A stretch of DNA of 64,000 bases from NCBI GenBank assembly GCA_947567425.1, contig CANOLV010000016.1, forward strand, positions 246 through 64,245. The letters run 5' to 3'. The position numbers and the translations under genes are program-made. Under the pieces are notes generated by a model, which ran no database searches, was not told the origin of the DNA, and saw nothing but the letters and a program-made list of their open reading frames with translations. This DNA comes from an uncultured Porphyromonadaceae bacterium (lineage in GTDB: Bacteria; Bacteroidota; Bacteroidia; Bacteroidales; Muribaculaceae). Below, one piece after another: positions 28,855 through 37,608 of the stretch (its first letter is position 1; the number at the start of each line of letters is the position of its first letter).

Positions 28855-31800
28855 ATGAAGAACATTTGTTTCCAAATGAACCGAAAGGCATGGATAGTGG
28901 CGGTCATGCTACTGTGCCTGTCTTTCCCGGGTCTGGCTCAGAAGATTACCGTCAACGGTAATGTGTCTGACGCTACCGGTGAGCCCCTTATCGGAGCGAG
29001 TGTGTTGGCCAAAGGTACCTCTGAAGGTACGGCTACTGACTTTGACGGTAATTTTACGATTTCCGTCGAGCCTAACGCCGTCCTTGTAGTGTCATACGTA
29101 GGTTACGACACCAAGGAGGTGGCCGTCAACGGTCAGTCGACAGTCAATGTCGTCCTTTCTGAGAACAGCGTGATGCTGAACGAAGTAGTGGCCATCGGTT
29201 ACGGTACCGTGAAAAAGAGCGATGCCACAGGTGCGGTGTCGGCCATCAAGCCCAGCGAGATCCAGGCCGGTCTGGCCACTTCGGCACAGGACCTTCTTGT
29301 AGGCCGTAGCCCCGGTGTGGTTGTGACCACGAGCGGAGGTCAGCCCGAGGGCGGCGCCAACATCCAGATCCGCGGCGGCGCATCGCTTTCTGCTTCCAAT
29401 GAACCTCTTATCGTGATCGACGGCGTGCCGATGGACACCAAGGGCACGCTCGGATCGTCAAACCCGATGTCGCTGGTCAATCCGGAGAACATCGAGTCGA
29501 TGACCATCCTTAAGGACGCTTCAGCCACGGCGATCTACGGTAGCCGTGCTTCCAACGGTGTGATCATAATCACTACCAAGAAGGGTTCGTCCGGCAAACC
29601 GGTGGTAAACTTCGCCGCCAACATGTACATCAACACTCCGCGCAACTACGTGGACATGATGGACGCCGGTGAATTCTCAAGATTCATCCTCAACCGCTAT
29701 GGCGAGGGTTCGCCCCAGGCAAAGGCTCTCGGACAGTACAACACCGACTGGCAGAAGGAAGTGCTCCGCACCACCGTGTCGAGCGACTATAACCTGAGCG
29801 TCGGCGGAACTTATAAGTTCCTCCCTTACCGAGTCTCGGTAAGTGACGAACTTAAAAATTGGAACCTTACTCACTCAAGGAAGGTGACCCCGAAAAAGAG
29901 GGTATACAAGTAGCCCAAGATATGGGACGCGGTACGTTACACCAATAACAATGGTATCATACGTACCACTAAGATGGACCGCGTGACCGTGGGCATCAAC
30001 CTGTCGCCCAAGTTCTTCGACGGACTCCTCTCGATCAACGCCAACGTCCGCGGCGCTTATCTGAAAAACCGCTACCATAAGGGTGAGACTCTCGGCAACG
30101 CCGTCAGCTTCAACCCGACTCTGCCGGTGTATAATCCGGAAGGAAACGTGTTCAACAACTATACCACATACGTGGGTACGGGCGTGGCCGGTCCTAACTC
30201 CAAGGGCGACCAGATAAACACGCTTAAGGCCCTCAACCCGGTGTCTCTTCTCAACGACTACCGTTCGGTGTCGGATGTCTATCAGAGCATCGGCAATATC
30301 CAGTTTGACCTGGCCATGCCTTTCCTCCCCGACCTCCATGCCAACCTTAACCTCGGCTACGACATAAGCAAGTCGAACGTCAACAACAATACTGCCGCCA
30401 ATTCTCCGCAGGCGTGGAAAGACGGTAGCGACCTGCCATATATCAAGGGCGTGGGAGCCGACGGCAACGAAGTGGATATGCTCGTGCCGGTGGGCGACAT
30501 AGCCAACGGCGGCTACTTTATCAAGAACACTAAGGACGGTGCCGGACGCTACAGCTACGAGCATCAGGTGAAGGCCAACCTTCTTCTTGACTTCTACTTG
30601 AACTATAAGCATAACTTTGAGGAGGCATACTCCAACCTCGACGTGACGGCCGGCTATTCATGGCAGTCGTTCCGCTGGCAGGGCAAGAGCTTCAGCAACA
30701 TCAATTCGGGCGAATACGAAGGATTCCAGGGCTATGCCACTTCCAACTACCGCAATGACCTGGCGCTCGTGTCGTTCTTCGGACGTGTGAACTATACGTT
30801 CATGGACAAATATCTGGCCACTGTCACCGTACGTGGCGACGGTACGTCGCGATTCTCGAAGGACCACCGTTGGGGTACATTCCCCTCCGTGGCTCTCGGA
30901 TGGCGTGTCATCGACGAGGACTTCATGGAACCGATACGCAACGTGTTCTCCGAACTTAAGCTCCGTGGGGGCTGGGGTATCACCGGTCAGCAGGACATAG
31001 GCGACAACTATTTCCCCTATCTGCCTATCTACACTATCGGCAACAACGGTAATCCGACCCCGAACACCACGGCTTACCCGAGTACTAAACCCGGTCAGGG
31101 CGGATTCATCAACGTGATAAAGCCTAACGGATATAATTCCGACCTTAAGTGGGAGGAGACCACCACATGGAACCTGGGTCTGGACTTCGGTCTGTTCAAC
31201 AACCGCGTCAACGGTAGCTTCGACTTCTATAAGCGCAAGACCAAGGACCTTCTCACATGGTCGACCGTGGCTGCCGGATCGAACCTGACCAACGCCATGA
31301 ACACCAATATCGGCGACCTTGAGAACACCGGTATAGAGTTCAACGTCAACGCCCGTCCTATCGTGACTCAGGACTTCACCTGGACCACTGACTTCAACAT
31401 CTCCTGGAATAAGAACAAGATCACCAAGCTGACTGCCGGCGACGATCCCGACTACTTCATCGCCACAGGCGGCATATCGGCCGGTACGGGTACTAATATC
31501 CAGGCCCATAAGGTCGGCTATCCTGCCTACAGCTTCTATGTATATCAGCAGGTATATGACGTGAACGGCGACCCGATCGAGGGTCAGTACGTGGACCGAA
31601 ACGGCGACGGACAGATCACCGAGGCCGACAAATACATGTACCACAGCCGCGACCCGAAAGTGGTGTTCACCTGGAGCAATACGTTCAACTATAAGAACTG
31701 GGACTTCGGCATCGTGCTCCGCGCCAATATCGGCAACTGGGTCTACAACGACTTCGAAGCCGCCAATACATCCATCTCGGCCACCCAGTCGGCTCCTCTG

Positions 31801-32091
31801 AGCAATCTGATGAGCGGACGCCACCTATTCCAGGATCTCGGCGTGCAGGGTGTGCAGAGCGACTACTTCGTGCGCAATGCCTCGTTCCTCCGCTGCGACA
31901 ACATCACCGTGGGCTACACTTGGCCCGGTCTGCTCAACGACGCTCTCCGTCTGCGTGTCTACGGAGCCGTGCAGAATCCGTTCGTGATCACCAAGTACAA
32001 TGGCCTTGATCCGGAAGTATTCTCCGGTATCGACCGTGAGGTATATCCGCGGCCTATCACAGTGTCGTTCGGTGTTGTAGCTCAATTCTAA
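28855..32091 (+). pseudogene. susC: SusC/RagA-type TonB-dependent transporter, interrupted by an in-frame 93-nt insertion carrying a TAG stop
   Basis: ORFs 28855-29913 and 29974-32091 are in the same frame. The N-part has a carboxypeptidase-regulatory-like domain (ITVNGNVSDATGEPLIGASV) and plug (VIDGVPM..). The reading frame runs ..LPYRVSVS[31 foreign codons incl. TAG at 29911]YTNNNGIIRTTKMDRVTVGINL.., whereas this SusC family, as I remember it (no alignment run), normally reads RVS..YTN..G contiguously. Confidence 0.8.
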
Positions 32092-32111
32092 ACCTTTAAT
32101 GATTTACTGCA

Positions 32112-33689
32112 ATGATTATAAATAAGATAAAATCCATATCTATCGCCTGTGTGGCCACGTTTGCACTGGGTGCTTCGGTGACCTCATGTGTCGACGACCT
32201 CGATGTGACACCTAAGAATCCGAGCAATCTTACCGACCTCACCAACGGCGACGAGTATTATCAGTTTCTGGCTCAGGTCTACGGCGGTCTGACGCTGTCA
32301 GGTGTCAACGGCGGCAGCGACATCACTGTCGACGACCCCGGTGCCGGTGTCTACACCCGTCAGCTTTGGAATCTGCAGGAGCTGCCTACCGACGAGGCTT
32401 TCATCGGAAAAAACTGGAACGATGCCGGACTTGACGAACTTGACTATGCCACATGGTCGTCTGACAACCACTGGCTGTATGAAGCCATGTCGCGATTTAC
32501 ATTCCAGGTCAACATCTGCAATGAGTTCCTTCGCAAGGTCGACGGAGCTTCGTCGGTGGAGAATCCCGTTTCGGCCGAAGAGATAGCCCGCATGAAGTGC
32601 GAGGCCCGCACGCTTCGTGCATTGTCCTACTATCATATCATGGACTGCTTCGGCGTGGGTCCGTATGTGACCGAGGACCATGCCATCGGTACCGTTCCTC
32701 CCACCATGAAGCGTGAGGAGATGTTCCCGCTCGTGGTCGAGGATCTTAAGGAGGCTGTCCAGGGGCTTCCGCTCGCCAAGGACCAGGTCTACGGACGTGT
32801 CTCCCGCGAGGCCGGCTATATGCTTCTGGCAAAACTCTATCTTAACGCCGAAGTCTACACCGGCACTCCGATGTGGACGGAATGTGCGCAGGCCTGTCAG
32901 GAGATTCTCAAGACCAACAATACGCTTGCTCCCGAATACAAGTATCTGTTCTGCGGCAGCAACGACAAGTATGTAGGCACGGGTGAGATTCTCTGGGGTG
33001 TGCCTCAGGACAACTCCTACACCCAGTCATACGGCGGCACCACCTATCTCGGCATGGGCGCCTACAATGTCAGCATCGACGAGAACCTCCAGAAGCGTCT
33101 CGGCATCAGCGGTACGGGCTGGGGCGGTCCGCGCGTACGTCCGGAGCTTGCCAACGTGATCTCCCGCGCCGACAAGCGCTATCTGTTCTACACCGAGGGT
33201 CTGGCCAACAATCTGTCGAACATCGGCGACTGGGAACTCCCCGGCGGTTCAGGCTATATGTGCATCAAGTATGTCTACACCAACGAGTCAGACTACTACA
33301 ACGAAAGCGGTGCCGTAAGCCTCAACACGTTCAACAATGCCGACTGGCCTCTGTTCCGACTGGCCGACACATTCCTGATGCTTGCCGAATGCCAGCTCCA
33401 CGGCGTGCAGTGCAACGGCAAGAACTATTTCGACCTTGTACGCCAGCGCGCAGGTCTTGACCCTGTCGACCTTACTGCCGACAACCTGCTTGACGAACGT
33501 GCCCGCGAACTTTACTGGGAAGGACACCGCCGCAGCGACTTGATCCGCTTCGGCAAGTTCACCGGTTCATCCTATGTGTGGTCATGGAAGGGCGGCATCG
33601 AAGCCGGCCAGGGTATCGACTCTTTCCGCAACCTGTTTGCCGTGCCCACCCAGTACACTAACACCCTCGGCCAGAATGCCGGTTATTAA
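32112..33689 (+). CDS. susD: SusD/RagB family nutrient-binding outer-membrane lipoprotein
   Basis: 525 aa. Lipobox (GASVTSC). SusD hallmarks LRALSYYHIMDCFG, AKLYLNAEVYTG, ERARELYWEGHRRSDLIRFGKF. Confidence 0.9.
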   Translation: MIINKIKSISIACVATFALGASVTSCVDDLDVTPKNPSNLTDLTNGDEYYQFLAQVYGGLTLSGVNGGSDITVDDPGAGVYTRQLWNLQELPTDEAFIGKNWNDAGLDELDYATWSSDNHWLYEAMSRFTFQVNICNEFLRKVDGASSVENPVSAEEIARMKCEARTLRALSYYHIMDCFGVGPYVTEDHAIGTVPPTMKREEMFPLVVEDLKEAVQGLPLAKDQVYGRVSREAGYMLLAKLYLNAEVYTGTPMWTECAQACQEILKTNNTLAPEYKYLFCGSNDKYVGTGEILWGVPQDNSYTQSYGGTTYLGMGAYNVSIDENLQKRLGISGTGWGGPRVRPELANVISRADKRYLFYTEGLANNLSNIGDWELPGGSGYMCIKYVYTNESDYYNESGAVSLNTFNNADWPLFRLADTFLMLAECQLHGVQCNGKNYFDLVRQRAGLDPVDLTADNLLDERARELYWEGHRRSDLIRFGKFTGSSYVWSWKGGIEAGQGIDSFRNLFAVPTQYTNTLGQNAGY

Positions 33690-33719
33690 ATCTATAAATT
33701 CAATATAAGCATTTGACTT

Positions 33720-34667
33720 ATGAAAAAGATATTATTACTTTTTGCCGTGATTCTGACCGCCGTGGCGTTCACTGCCTGCAACGACGACGAGAACCCCAAG
33801 GCATATCAGCCGACAGATAAGAACTTCCTGAATGTGCCGCCTCTGTCGACTCAGACCTACGACCTGCAGACCGCCGGAACCGTGCGTCTAACCTGCTCAC
33901 AGCCCGACTACGGCGTCGGCACAACTCCGATGTACGGCGTGCAGGTGTCGCTCAACGAGGATTTCACCACTGTATATACCGGTTCCGAAGTCTACGATCC
34001 GGCCAAAGCCGTGGCTTTTGTGGAGCTTCCCTACGCCACCACCAACACCACTCTCGAAGTGCCTGCCAAGGATGTGGCCAACGGCATCAGCACTCTTCTC
34101 GGCTATACTGACATAACCGAATATGAAGGTCGCACTCCATACAGCGGTCCGCTCTATGTGCGCCTCCGTTCATATTTCCCGAAGCTTGACGGCGAGCTTG
34201 CCGAGATGTACTCGATCGAGTCCAATGTGGTGAAGCTCGACAATGTGCTCGGCTACGCCACTGTACGCCAGCCGGCCTGGATCTATCTCGTCGGAACTCC
34301 GGTTGCCGGAAATCCATGGCCTGGACCTACAGAGGATAATGCTGCACTGTTTGAACCGTGGAAGCTATATGAAGCTGACGATGCCATCGGCAGCGACATC
34401 TACAGCGCTACGTTTATGATTCCTGACGGACAGTTCGAATTCCGTTTCTATAAGGCTTTGACCGGATGGGACGAAGACTCTTATGGAGCGCAGAAGGACG
34501 ACAATACTGTGGATATCGGATTTGAAGATGACGAATATGCAGGACCGATAGTCAAAGGTAAGGGTAAATATCATGTGCCGGGATGGACTGCCGCTTGGGT
34601 TAAGATGACCGTCAATCTGAAGTCTATGTCTGTGACATTCGACATCGTGGAGGAGCCGGCCGAATAA
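33720..34667 (+). CDS. susE: SusE-like outer-membrane lipoprotein
   Basis: 315 aa. Lipobox AFTAC. N-terminal SusE pattern YDLQTAGTVRLTCSQPDYGVGTTPMYGVQVSLNEDFT. Confidence 0.7.
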   Translation: MKKILLLFAVILTAVAFTACNDDENPKAYQPTDKNFLNVPPLSTQTYDLQTAGTVRLTCSQPDYGVGTTPMYGVQVSLNEDFTTVYTGSEVYDPAKAVAFVELPYATTNTTLEVPAKDVANGISTLLGYTDITEYEGRTPYSGPLYVRLRSYFPKLDGELAEMYSIESNVVKLDNVLGYATVRQPAWIYLVGTPVAGNPWPGPTEDNAALFEPWKLYEADDAIGSDIYSATFMIPDGQFEFRFYKALTGWDEDSYGAQKDDNTVDIGFEDDEYAGPIVKGKGKYHVPGWTAAWVKMTVNLKSMSVTFDIVEEPAE

Positions 34668-34719
34668 GCACCGGTGAATTAAATGAAAGTGTTCAAAAAT
34701 AAGTAATTCTTTGAAAACT

Positions 34720-36177
34720 ATGAAAATAGGATTAAATATAGCTCTTTTTGCGGTTCTTGCTCTCGGACTGGCTTCATGCAGCGACGACGAGTACAAGGGA
34801 ATCGCACAGGTGACTCCCGGCGAGCCGACCATGCCCGCCGACGGAATCGCGGCCACCGATGTCGTGGCCAACGGCGCGGCTGTGGATCTGAATGACGGCG
34901 CGGCCCGCCTGATCAACGTCACCAAACTCGAGGACTTCCCTGCAGGAAGTGAGCTTCAGGTGATGATGAGGGTGGCCAAGGCACAGGATATGTCCGGTGC
35001 GCAGAGCGTGGCCATGGTCAATACAGAGGGTGTCGACGGCGCGGTGTTGTCGTGCAATGCACCTAATACGGTGTTTAACAAGGTCCTTCAGACGCTTTTC
35101 GGTAAGAATCCGTCGGAAAAGACTGTCTACGTGGACTATACCGCCTATGCTGTCGACGGAACTTCGTCGGTGCTTCTTGGTGCGGTGGGTGCCGCCCAGA
35201 TGCTTAAGGTGATGCCTTTGGACCTTGGATATGTGGTCGAGGACGAATACTATCTGCTCAATACGGTCGACGGATCGACCTATAAGATGGTTCAGGCCGA
35301 TGCAAGCAAGGATGTCTATGACGTTCCCGTGTTTGACGCGGTCATAACGGTCGGGGCCGACGGCTTCGCATGGAAGTTAGTTCCTAAATCGGCTCTTAAT
35401 TCGCTCACTGACGCGTCGAAGCTGTACGGCAACGGCGAGCCAGGGGCCGACGCGGCCGACGGAGCACTGGTGCTCGGTGCCGGTGCCGGCGAAATCGAGG
35501 AGATGGGTCCCTATCAGTTCTCTGTCAACATGGAGAAACTGACATTTACCTGGAAGCCGGCATACAAGGCGCTCTACGTGGTAGGACAGGGTCAGGGCTG
35601 GAATCCGGCTACGCCTTCGCAGATGACCACCAAGGACTATATCAAGTATGGCGGATTCGTGCCGGTGGCCGGAGATTTCAAGATCATCACCACTTCAGAC
35701 GGAGAATGGTCGGAACCTCAGATCGGCGGCTGTACGTTTGAGAAGGACGGTGCCGACAGCTATAAGGCAGTGGCGAAGTTCGAGCAGGGCCAGGCCGGCA
35801 ATATGAACGGTCTGCCCAACGGACTCTGGGCCATGGTATTCAAGATGGATACCAAGGAGATCACCGCCTCTCCAGTCACCTCGCTTGAGTTCATCGGCGA
35901 AGCTACCGGTAGCTGGACGGACGAAAGCAAGGTGCAGGAGCTGACTCCGCAGCTTGAGAATGGAGTCGCTACGTCATGGACAGGCACCATCACATTCACC
36001 GGCAGCGGTGAATACAAGATCCGCGCCAACCACGGATGGACATTCAGTCTCGGCGGCGATGCCTCTCAGCTCGTCTGGGATGCCGGCAATATACCTTCGC
36101 CCGCTGCAGGTGAATATATCGTGACGCTGAACCTTAACGATCCGGTGCTTCATTTGGATATGCAGAAGGTCAATTAA
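34720..36177 (+). CDS. SusF/SusE-family-like surface lipoprotein (putative glycan-binding)
   Basis: ATG at 34720 (the track start 34711 is TTG). Lipobox LGLASC. C-terminal modules GDFKIITTSDGEWSEP and GEYKIRANHGWTFSLGGD resemble SusE/F CBM-like domains. Confidence 0.55.
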   Translation: MKIGLNIALFAVLALGLASCSDDEYKGIAQVTPGEPTMPADGIAATDVVANGAAVDLNDGAARLINVTKLEDFPAGSELQVMMRVAKAQDMSGAQSVAMVNTEGVDGAVLSCNAPNTVFNKVLQTLFGKNPSEKTVYVDYTAYAVDGTSSVLLGAVGAAQMLKVMPLDLGYVVEDEYYLLNTVDGSTYKMVQADASKDVYDVPVFDAVITVGADGFAWKLVPKSALNSLTDASKLYGNGEPGADAADGALVLGAGAGEIEEMGPYQFSVNMEKLTFTWKPAYKALYVVGQGQGWNPATPSQMTTKDYIKYGGFVPVAGDFKIITTSDGEWSEPQIGGCTFEKDGADSYKAVAKFEQGQAGNMNGLPNGLWAMVFKMDTKEITASPVTSLEFIGEATGSWTDESKVQELTPQLENGVATSWTGTITFTGSGEYKIRANHGWTFSLGGDASQLVWDAGNIPSPAAGEYIVTLNLNDPVLHLDMQKVN

Positions 36178-36202
36178 GTACTGATAATTATCTCGGTTGA
36201 CC

Positions 36203-36240
36203 GGGGTGCGGGCCATGCGGCCTGCACCCCTTTGTTTTTG
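36203..36240 (+). terminator. Rho-independent terminator at the end of the Sus-like locus
   Basis: Stem GGGGTGC..GCACCCC followed by TTTGTTTTT. Confidence 0.7.
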
Positions 36241-36288
36241 ACGCATCTTGGAGGGGAGGCATTTGTTGTGCGTGACGGTTTTTATTCT

Positions 36289-36296
36289 TAATTTTG
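36289..36296 (+). promoter_or_regulatory. -7 promoter box (TAATTTTG)
   Basis: 52 nt upstream of the MFS ATG. Confidence 0.5.
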
Positions 36297-36347
36297 CACC
36301 CCGTAGTATTGATTCACTATTATAAGGTACTTTATTGAAAATAATGT

Positions 36348-37508
36348 ATGAAAAAAGGACTTTTCGCATTGGCCATGGGCACGTTTGCCCTCGGCATCTC
36401 GGAATTTCTTATGATGGGCATTTTAGGGAAGCTTTCCCAGGATCTGGATGTGTCCATCTCTGAGGCCGGTCATCTGATATCGGCCTATGCCACCGGTGTC
36501 TGCGTGGGCGCCCCGGCATTGCTGTTTGTGAGGAAAGTGGCATTGAAGCGGATCATGCTCGTGCTTGCCGCGGTAATAGCCCTCGGCAATCTTTTTGCGG
36601 CGTTGTCGCCTAACTACTGGTGTCTTTTCGCGGCGCGTTTCATATCCGGATTTCCCCATGGGGCATATTTCGGCGTGGGAGCCATAGTGGCCCGCAGGCT
36701 TGCGAGTCCCGGCAAGGAGGTGTCGGCGGTGGCTTTTATGATCGGAGGCATGACCGTGGCCACTCTGGCCGGTGTGCCGCTCGGGACGTTTGTCACCAAC
36801 CATTTCACCTGGCGTATAGCGTTTATGATTGTCGCTGCCTCGGGCGTGGCCACTTTTTTCGCCATAAGGCATTGGGTGCCTCAGGTGCAGGGCCTGAAGG
36901 ACATGGGATTCAAGGGGCAGTTCAGGTTTCTTAAGACGTTGCCGCCGTGGCTCATATTCGGGGGCGTTATCTTCGGTCAGATAGGTCTGTATTGCTGGTA
37001 CAGTTATATCGATCCGCAACTCACGGAGGTGGCCGGATTTTCGGTCGATTCGCTTTCATGGCTTATGGTGCTTGCCGGATTCGGCATGTTTGCGGGCAAC
37101 TATGTGGTCGGACGCCTCGGCCCGCACTTCCGTCCGTCGGCGTTGTCGGCCACGGTGGAGGCCATCGGGGTGCCGGTGCTTCTGCTGTTCTACTTTTTCG
37201 GCGACATCAAGATCCTGGCTGTCGTGCTGATGATTCTCGGCACGGCGATTCTGTTCGGATCGGGCAGTCCGCTGCAGTCGTCGATAGTGGGCTATGCCAA
37301 GGGGGGCGAGATGCTCGGCGCCGCGTCGATTCAGATAGCCTACAATGCCGGCAATGCGATAGCGGCATGGATAGGCGGGGCCGTGATCAAGGCCGGCTAT
37401 GGATATGCCGCGCCTTCGGCTGTCGGAGTCCCTATCATTATGATTGGTTCGGCCATGCTCTATTACCTTTATTTCCATAGGGAAAGGCGCTTCGGCGTTC
37501 CCGACTAA
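36348..37508 (+). CDS. MFS transporter (DHA1/AraJ-YdhP-like)
   Basis: 386 aa, about 12 predicted TM segments, MFS N-terminal pattern LAMGTFALGISEFLMMGIL. Confidence 0.85.
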   Translation: MKKGLFALAMGTFALGISEFLMMGILGKLSQDLDVSISEAGHLISAYATGVCVGAPALLFVRKVALKRIMLVLAAVIALGNLFAALSPNYWCLFAARFISGFPHGAYFGVGAIVARRLASPGKEVSAVAFMIGGMTVATLAGVPLGTFVTNHFTWRIAFMIVAASGVATFFAIRHWVPQVQGLKDMGFKGQFRFLKTLPPWLIFGGVIFGQIGLYCWYSYIDPQLTEVAGFSVDSLSWLMVLAGFGMFAGNYVVGRLGPHFRPSALSATVEAIGVPVLLLFYFFGDIKILAVVLMILGTAILFGSGSPLQSSIVGYAKGGEMLGAASIQIAYNAGNAIAAWIGGAVIKAGYGYAAPSAVGVPIIMIGSAMLYYLYFHRERRFGVPD

Positions 37509-37523
37509 AAAATTAGGTAATTT

Positions 37524-37545
37524 ATCCGCCGTCGGCGGATATTTT
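37524..37545 (+). terminator. Short terminator hairpin after the MFS gene
   Basis: ATCCGCC-gtc-GGCGGAT followed by ATTTT. Confidence 0.5.
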
Positions 37546-37575
37546 CACAAATTATTGCTACATTTGTGAAAATAT
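37539..37575. promoter_or_regulatory. 14-bp perfect inverted repeat overlapping the promoter of the tricorn-like protease gene
   Basis: ATATTTTCACAAAT-N9-ATTTGTGAAAATAT. The right arm contains a -7 box TACATTTG (37559-37566), 43 nt upstream of the ATG at 37609. Confidence 0.5.
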
Positions 37576-37608
37576 TTAGATACACTTTTTAAACCAATCA
37601 TAGCGACA

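Noticed and set aside
29911-29913. The in-frame TAG in susC as pyrrolysine or recoded sense codon, or T4 gene-60-style ribosomal bypass between the two CGGUA sites.
   Set aside because: No Pyl machinery is expected in Bacteroidota, and TAG terminates other genes in this window. The stop is 66 nt after the putative take-off site and the gap is 93 nt, unlike known bypass elements. These are kept only as remote alternatives within the susC finding.
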